Shown: piece by piece, positions 59,562 through 64,000 of the stretch
Layout: every line of letters starts with the position of its first letter
Numbering within the stretch: the stretch's first letter is position 1
Assembly: GCF_036568385.1 (NCBI RefSeq)
Contig: NZ_DATCSP010000026.1
Location: 16,224-80,223 of the forward strand
From: Sulfurovum sp.
Lineage (GTDB): Bacteria > Campylobacterota > Campylobacteria > Campylobacterales > Sulfurovaceae
Reading direction: 5' to 3'
Length of the DNA stretch: 64,000 nt
Translations under genes and position numbers: made by a program
The notes under the pieces: generated by a model
Databases searched by the model: none
The model's input: the letters and a program-made list of their open reading frames with translations, nothing else
What the model was told of the DNA's origin: nothing

Positions 59562-59786
59562 ATGCCTTATGATAGACTGGAGGACCTTCCTGCATCGGTC
59601 AGAGACAACCTCCCGAAACATGCGCAGGAGATCTACAAAGAAGCCTTTAACAGTGCATGGGAAGAGTATGAAGATCCCCAAAAGAGGCGTGATGATGCCA
59701 GCCTCGAAGAGACCGCACACAAAGTGGCCTGGGCAGCCGTCAAGCACAGTTATGAAAAAAAAGACGGTGAGTGGGTAGAAAAATAG
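59562..59786 (+). CDS. ChaB family protein
   Basis: 'LPASVRDNLPKHAQEIYKEAFNSAWEEY...AHKVAWAAVK', the ChaB pattern. AAGGAG RBS. Confidence 0.7.
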   Translation: MPYDRLEDLPASVRDNLPKHAQEIYKEAFNSAWEEYEDPQKRRDDASLEETAHKVAWAAVKHSYEKKDGEWVEK

Positions 59787-59818
59787 AGCGTTAGCTATGG
59801 TGTAGCAGCAGGAGATAG

Positions 59819-60886
59819 ATGATGAAAAAAGAGATTCCCAACACATTTCGGCAAGGCTTTGTACTGCTGCTCCTTTTTATGGCTCTGGCAGGCTTCATCG
59901 GGATGGTCCGTGAATTTCTGATCGCCCTGATCCTTGCTGCGATCTTTTCCGGACTGCTCTATCCCTTTTACCGCAGGATCCTTGATCTTTTCAAAAACAG
60001 GTCTGCATTGGCCGCGGGTACCACACTGCTCATTACTGCTCTGGCCGTCGGCCTGCCGTTGGCCGCCTTTACAGGCATGGTCACAAGCGAAGCCATAGAG
60101 ATCACTAAAAAAGCACGTCCCATCGTAAAAGAAGCGTTAGACAATAATCTCTCTTTCGGCGAAAGACTACCCCACTGGTTCCCTTTGAAAGAGAAGCTTG
60201 AACCTTTCAATGAGACCATTGTCAAAAAAGCCTCCGAAGCCACCAGTGCGATGGGAAGCTGGGTGGTTTCAAGCCTCTCCAGCGCCACCAAAGGAACCGT
60301 AGGTTTTTTGATCAGCCTTTTCATACTCTTCTATGCCATGTTCTACTTTTTGATGCATGGCCCGCAGTCACTGCGTTCCTTTGCCTCTTTGCTGCCTCTT
60401 TCGGAAGAGGACCGGGAGGAAGTGATGAACCGCGGGCTGATGGTGACCAGGGCCTCCCTGAAAGGGATACTGGTCGTAGGACTGTTTGAGGGGGTATTGG
60501 TCGGATCGGCATTATGGTTCACAGGGATCGAAGGATCAGTGTTCTGGGGGAGCGTGGTATTCCTTCTTGCTGCTATTCCGGGACTTGGGGCTTCGCTGGT
60601 ATGGCTGCCTGCAGCGGTCTACCTGCTGATCATAGGGAATACGGGATATGGTATAGGTCTTCTTATATGGGGTGCAGTGATAGTAAGTATGGTTGACTAT
60701 CTGATACGCCCATGGGTCGTGGGAAGTGATGCCAAGCTGCCTGACCTCGTGATCCTGATATCGATCTTTGGAGGGATCATCTCCTTCGGTCCTGTAGGCA
60801 TTATTATCGGTCCGGTGATAGCGGCGCTGCTGGATACGATACTGACCATTTATAAAAAGACGTTTCACCACCTGTTGCCTTCTTGA
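59819..60886 (+). CDS. AI-2E (PerM/YhhT) family transporter
   Basis: Polytopic protein with a 'VFWGSVVFLLAAIPGLGASLVWLP' region typical of UPF0118/AI-2E. Confidence 0.8.
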   Translation: MMKKEIPNTFRQGFVLLLLFMALAGFIGMVREFLIALILAAIFSGLLYPFYRRILDLFKNRSALAAGTTLLITALAVGLPLAAFTGMVTSEAIEITKKARPIVKEALDNNLSFGERLPHWFPLKEKLEPFNETIVKKASEATSAMGSWVVSSLSSATKGTVGFLISLFILFYAMFYFLMHGPQSLRSFASLLPLSEEDREEVMNRGLMVTRASLKGILVVGLFEGVLVGSALWFTGIEGSVFWGSVVFLLAAIPGLGASLVWLPAAVYLLIIGNTGYGIGLLIWGAVIVSMVDYLIRPWVVGSDAKLPDLVILISIFGGIISFGPVGIIIGPVIAALLDTILTIYKKTFHHLLPS

Positions 60887-60919
60887 ACAGGGATGAAAAT
60901 ACGTTAAAGGCGATACACG

Positions 60920-61897
60920 ATGATAAGATGGTTTTTTTTACAGATCTTGCTGCTGACAGTAGTACCGTGCTTACTCTTTGCCGATACTGAAAATATCAAA
61001 AAGGATTTACAGATGCCAAAAAACAAGAAAACCGTTTCCCTGGTACTTGGGAGCGGCGGTGCAAGAGGATATGCGCACATCGGTGTCATTGAAGTTCTTG
61101 AAGCGAACGGCTATCAGATCAAGACCATTTCGGGATCTTCCATGGGCGCATTGATAGGAGGACTTTATGCGGCAGGCAAACTGGATGCCTATAAAGAATG
61201 GGTACTCTCTCTGGATTTTCTGGACACGATCAAACTGGTGGATGTTTCGCTTGCGGACGGGGGAATGGTGAACATCGACGCGGTTTTCAAAAAAATAGAA
61301 GCGATGATCGGCGATGTTACCATAGAAGAGCTGCCTGTCACTTATATGGCGGTCGCCTCGGATATCAAAAACCAACAGAAAATATGGTTCAAAAAGGGAA
61401 AACTGATAGATGCGATACGGGCCTCCATCGCGATACCGACAGTCTTCACCCCGGTGATCAAAGAGGATATGATCCTTGTGGACGGAGGGGTACTGGACCC
61501 GCTGCCCATAGATTCTGTATCCTCAGAGCCTAACGATATGACGATCGCTGTCAACCTGAACGCCAATATCGAAAACACCTATAGGGTAGAGGTGCCTGAG
61601 AGAGAAGAAAAAGAAGGAAACAAACTCTATAGAAAGGCCGTAGAGCTACTGGACAAAGCCCATAAAGCGATAGGTACAGATGCGCCTGAAGAAGAGAAGC
61701 CGATAGATATTCTCTATATACTCAACAAAAGTCTGGATGCCACGCAGAATCTCATCATAGAGAATACGATCAAGGAACATCAGCCCGACCTGATGATAGA
61801 GATCCCCAGAGATGCCTGTGAATCGTATGAGTTCGACAAGGCCTATCAGATGATCGAGATAGGCAAAAGGGCCACAGAAAAAAGTTTCGAACGGTAG
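60920..61897 (+). CDS. patatin-like phospholipase
   Basis: 'LGSGGARG' oxyanion motif, 'GSSMGA' nucleophile elbow and 'VDGG' Asp motif. Confidence 0.8.
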   Translation: MIRWFFLQILLLTVVPCLLFADTENIKKDLQMPKNKKTVSLVLGSGGARGYAHIGVIEVLEANGYQIKTISGSSMGALIGGLYAAGKLDAYKEWVLSLDFLDTIKLVDVSLADGGMVNIDAVFKKIEAMIGDVTIEELPVTYMAVASDIKNQQKIWFKKGKLIDAIRASIAIPTVFTPVIKEDMILVDGGVLDPLPIDSVSSEPNDMTIAVNLNANIENTYRVEVPEREEKEGNKLYRKAVELLDKAHKAIGTDAPEEEKPIDILYILNKSLDATQNLIIENTIKEHQPDLMIEIPRDACESYEFDKAYQMIEIGKRATEKSFER

Positions 61898-61906
61898 ACC
61901 GGGAAG

Positions 61907-63118
61907 CTACTCATAGCGTAATGCATCGATAGGGTTCATCGCAGCGGCTTTCCGTGCAGGGATGATCCCGAATAGGATACCGATCAGCATGGAGAAGACC
62001 AGCGCCACCACCGTGATAGAAGGATCGATGACCAGTACGATGTCAAGCCAGTTCGCCACACCCAAGGTGATCAGTATCCCTGTGACTATCCCTACGATCC
62101 CTCCAAGGCCGGAGAGTACGATCGATTCGATCAGGAACTGTATCAGAATATCTTTGGCCATCGCCCCCACGGCCATGCGTATGCCGATCTCCCGTGTACG
62201 CTCTGTCACGGAAACCAGCATGATATTCATGATCCCTATGCCCCCTACGATCAGAGAGATCGCAGCCACGGCACCCAGCATCACGGTCAGCACGGTGGTC
62301 ACCTGTGAGATGGTATCAAGCAGTGCGGTCATACTTCTGACCTGAAAGTCATCATCAACAGGATTTTCGATATGTCTGTGCTCCCTGAGCACTCTCTCTA
62401 TCTGGATCCTTGCCTCCTCCAAAGGAACGTTCTCCTTCACGGCCGCCATCATCAAATGCAGGTTGTCACTCCCGCTTATGCGCCGCTGAAACAGACTGTA
62501 AGGGATCAACACCACATCGTCCTGGTCCTGTCCAAAGGTATTTGCACCTTTTGACTCAAGTACGCCGATCACCTCGCAGGAAAAGTTTTTGAGACGGATC
62601 TTGTTCCCCATGATCGAGTCGGGAGTGGCAGAAAGGTTCTTGATGATGCTCTGACCCAGGATACAGACCTTCTGTCCTGTTCTGAGTTCATTCTTTTCAA
62701 ATTCCCTCCCTTCCTCGAGTTTCCAGTTCTGTATCTGCAGATACTCATTTTCGACACCCCTGATACTGGTACGGTAGTTCTGTTCCCTGTAGACCACCGT
62801 CATGGAACCGTTCTCTACGGGTGAGATCGCATCGAGCGCATAGATGGAGGAGCGAATGATCTCAAGGTCCTTCTTTTTGAAAGGTTTTTCTACCGCCCCT
62901 GCCGTTCCGGGACCTCTTCGCTGCCCGGGGATGATATAGAGGGTATTGCTTCCCAGCTGCTCCACGCTCTGGGTGATGGACTCGCTGGCGCCTTTACCTA
63001 TATTGACCATCGCGATCACGGAAGCGATACCGATCACGATACCCACCGCAGTGAGCAGTGAACGCATCAGGTTGCGTCTGATCTCGCGCAAGGCCTGTAA
63101 AAATGCATTACGAAACAC
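61907..63118 (-). CDS. MacB-like ABC transporter permease (MacB_PCD + FtsX domains)
   Basis: 'LRSLLTAVGIVIGIASVI' TM1, a large periplasmic domain, and a C-terminal FtsX helices block. The GTG at 63118 overlaps the ATPase stop and is preferred over ATG 63172. Confidence 0.8.
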   Translation of the reverse strand: MFRNAFLQALREIRRNLMRSLLTAVGIVIGIASVIAMVNIGKGASESITQSVEQLGSNTLYIIPGQRRGPGTAGAVEKPFKKKDLEIIRSSIYALDAISPVENGSMTVVYREQNYRTSIRGVENEYLQIQNWKLEEGREFEKNELRTGQKVCILGQSIIKNLSATPDSIMGNKIRLKNFSCEVIGVLESKGANTFGQDQDDVVLIPYSLFQRRISGSDNLHLMMAAVKENVPLEEARIQIERVLREHRHIENPVDDDFQVRSMTALLDTISQVTTVLTVMLGAVAAISLIVGGIGIMNIMLVSVTERTREIGIRMAVGAMAKDILIQFLIESIVLSGLGGIVGIVTGILITLGVANWLDIVLVIDPSITVVALVFSMLIGILFGIIPARKAAAMNPIDALRYE

Positions 63119-63788
63119 GATGAACCTCTTTTTCGATCTCCCCGTCACGAAGATAGATCGTTCTTGAAGCATAGGCCGCTATGTCATCTTCATGGGTGAC
63201 CATGATGACCGTGATGCCCTGCCGGTTAAAGGTTCTTATCAGCTCCATGATCTCATGGCCGCGTTTGGTGTCAAGGTTCCCCGTAGGTTCATCCGCAATG
63301 AGGATCTTTGGATGCGTCACCATCGCTCTGGCGATCGCTACACGCTGCTGCTGTCCTCCCGAGAGCTGTCCGGGGTCATAATAGAGCCTTTCTTCCAGCC
63401 CTACATCCGTGAGTGCTTCGGTTGCCATGCGTTTGCGTTCTTTGCTGTCGATCCCCTGATAGATCAAGGGGACTTCCACATTCTCCAGCGAGGTCGTTTT
63501 CTTTAAAAGGTTGTACCCCTGAAAGATGAACCCCAACAAATGTCTCCGGAACAGTGCACGCTGGTCAGCACTCAGTGAACCGATCTCGGTGCCGAAAAAC
63601 GTATATTCCCCTCTGCTTGGCACATCGAGCGTACCCAGAATATTCAGAAGGGTCGATTTCCCGCTTCCGCTGGGCCCCATGATGGCGACAAATTCGCCTT
63701 CCTCGATATCAAGGTCTATGTCTCGCAGTACGGTGTTCTCGGCAGCGCCTTTCCCATACACCTTGCTGATCTTCCTCAAGGAGATCAT
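63108..63788 (-). CDS. MacB/LolD-type ABC transporter ATP-binding protein
   Basis: Walker A 'GPSGSGKST', signature 'LSGGQQQRVAIARA' and Walker B 'LIADEPTGNLD'. Confidence 0.9.
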   Translation of the reverse strand: MISLRKISKVYGKGAAENTVLRDIDLDIEEGEFVAIMGPSGSGKSTLLNILGTLDVPSRGEYTFFGTEIGSLSADQRALFRRHLLGFIFQGYNLLKKTTSLENVEVPLIYQGIDSKERKRMATEALTDVGLEERLYYDPGQLSGGQQQRVAIARAMVTHPKILIADEPTGNLDTKRGHEIMELIRTFNRQGITVIMVTHEDDIAAYASRTIYLRDGEIEKEVHRVS

Positions 63789-64000
63789 GGCGCTTTTTCC
63801 TGATTGACGATGATCTGCTGCCCCTCCTGAAGGTCACCGGTCTCTATCGCGCTTAACGGACCGCTGTTGCCCAGTACTTTGACATAGACCTTTTTAGGCG
63901 CACCCTCTTCAAGTATCCATACATGAGGCTTTGGGTCCACCACTATCTTCTCTTTGCTCTCCCCTCCGAAAAAAGATCTGGATGCAGGCTTGACAGGGAT
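63785..64000 (-). CDS. efflux periplasmic adaptor (MacA/HlyD family), C-terminal fragment truncated by the window edge
   Basis: Hand translation reads '...KVYVKVLGNSGPLSAIETGDLQEGQQIIVNQEKAP*'. The TGA overlaps the ATPase ATG (ATGA). Confidence 0.65.
   Translation of the reverse strand: MPVKPASRSFFGGESKEKIVVDPKPHVWILEEGAPKKVYVKVLGNSGPLSAIETGDLQEGQQIIVNQEKAP

Overview
This is a 64-kb chromosomal window with about 70 genes, mostly housekeeping. Gene content suggests a Campylobacterota-like (epsilonproteobacterial) genome, but that is an inference, not a database result. Recognisable core genes include fbp, mobB, gltX, glnS, psd, xth, ychF, pepA, trpB, apt, rpiB, lepB, folD, cspA-like, nadE, ppiase, pyrF, bioA, mntP and a MacAB-type efflux set at the right edge. 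Five patches stand out against this background. (1) A roughly 2-kb very AT-rich islet sits directly after tRNA-Ser(GCU). It is bounded by an 18/19-nt duplication of the tRNA 3' end, encodes no integrase, carries one PIN-like nuclease gene, and its non-coding arms are full of an iterated AAGTGGCY motif. AT-rich accessory DNA continues from there to bioA. (2) An orphan, G+C-rich GHKL-type ATPase gene (630 aa) has an unrecognised C-terminal two-thirds. (3) A G+C-rich patch holds a tandem-domain solute-binding lipoprotein and an SLC13/TrkA-C permease. (4) A G+C-rich two-subunit 2-oxoacid:ferredoxin oxidoreductase operon has a translationally coupled 145-aa gene of unknown function. (5) A complete, lower-GC assimilatory nitrate cluster comprises a porin, nrtA-like/permease/ATPase genes, and divergent nasA-cysG-nirA. 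The GlnRS gene is fused to a GatB/YqeY-like C-terminal domain and lies divergent from a short GluRS gene. No CRISPR array, rRNA, transposase or integrase was seen. All family calls come from motif recognition by eye. No searches were run, and the GC figures are hand counts on single 60-nt lines only.
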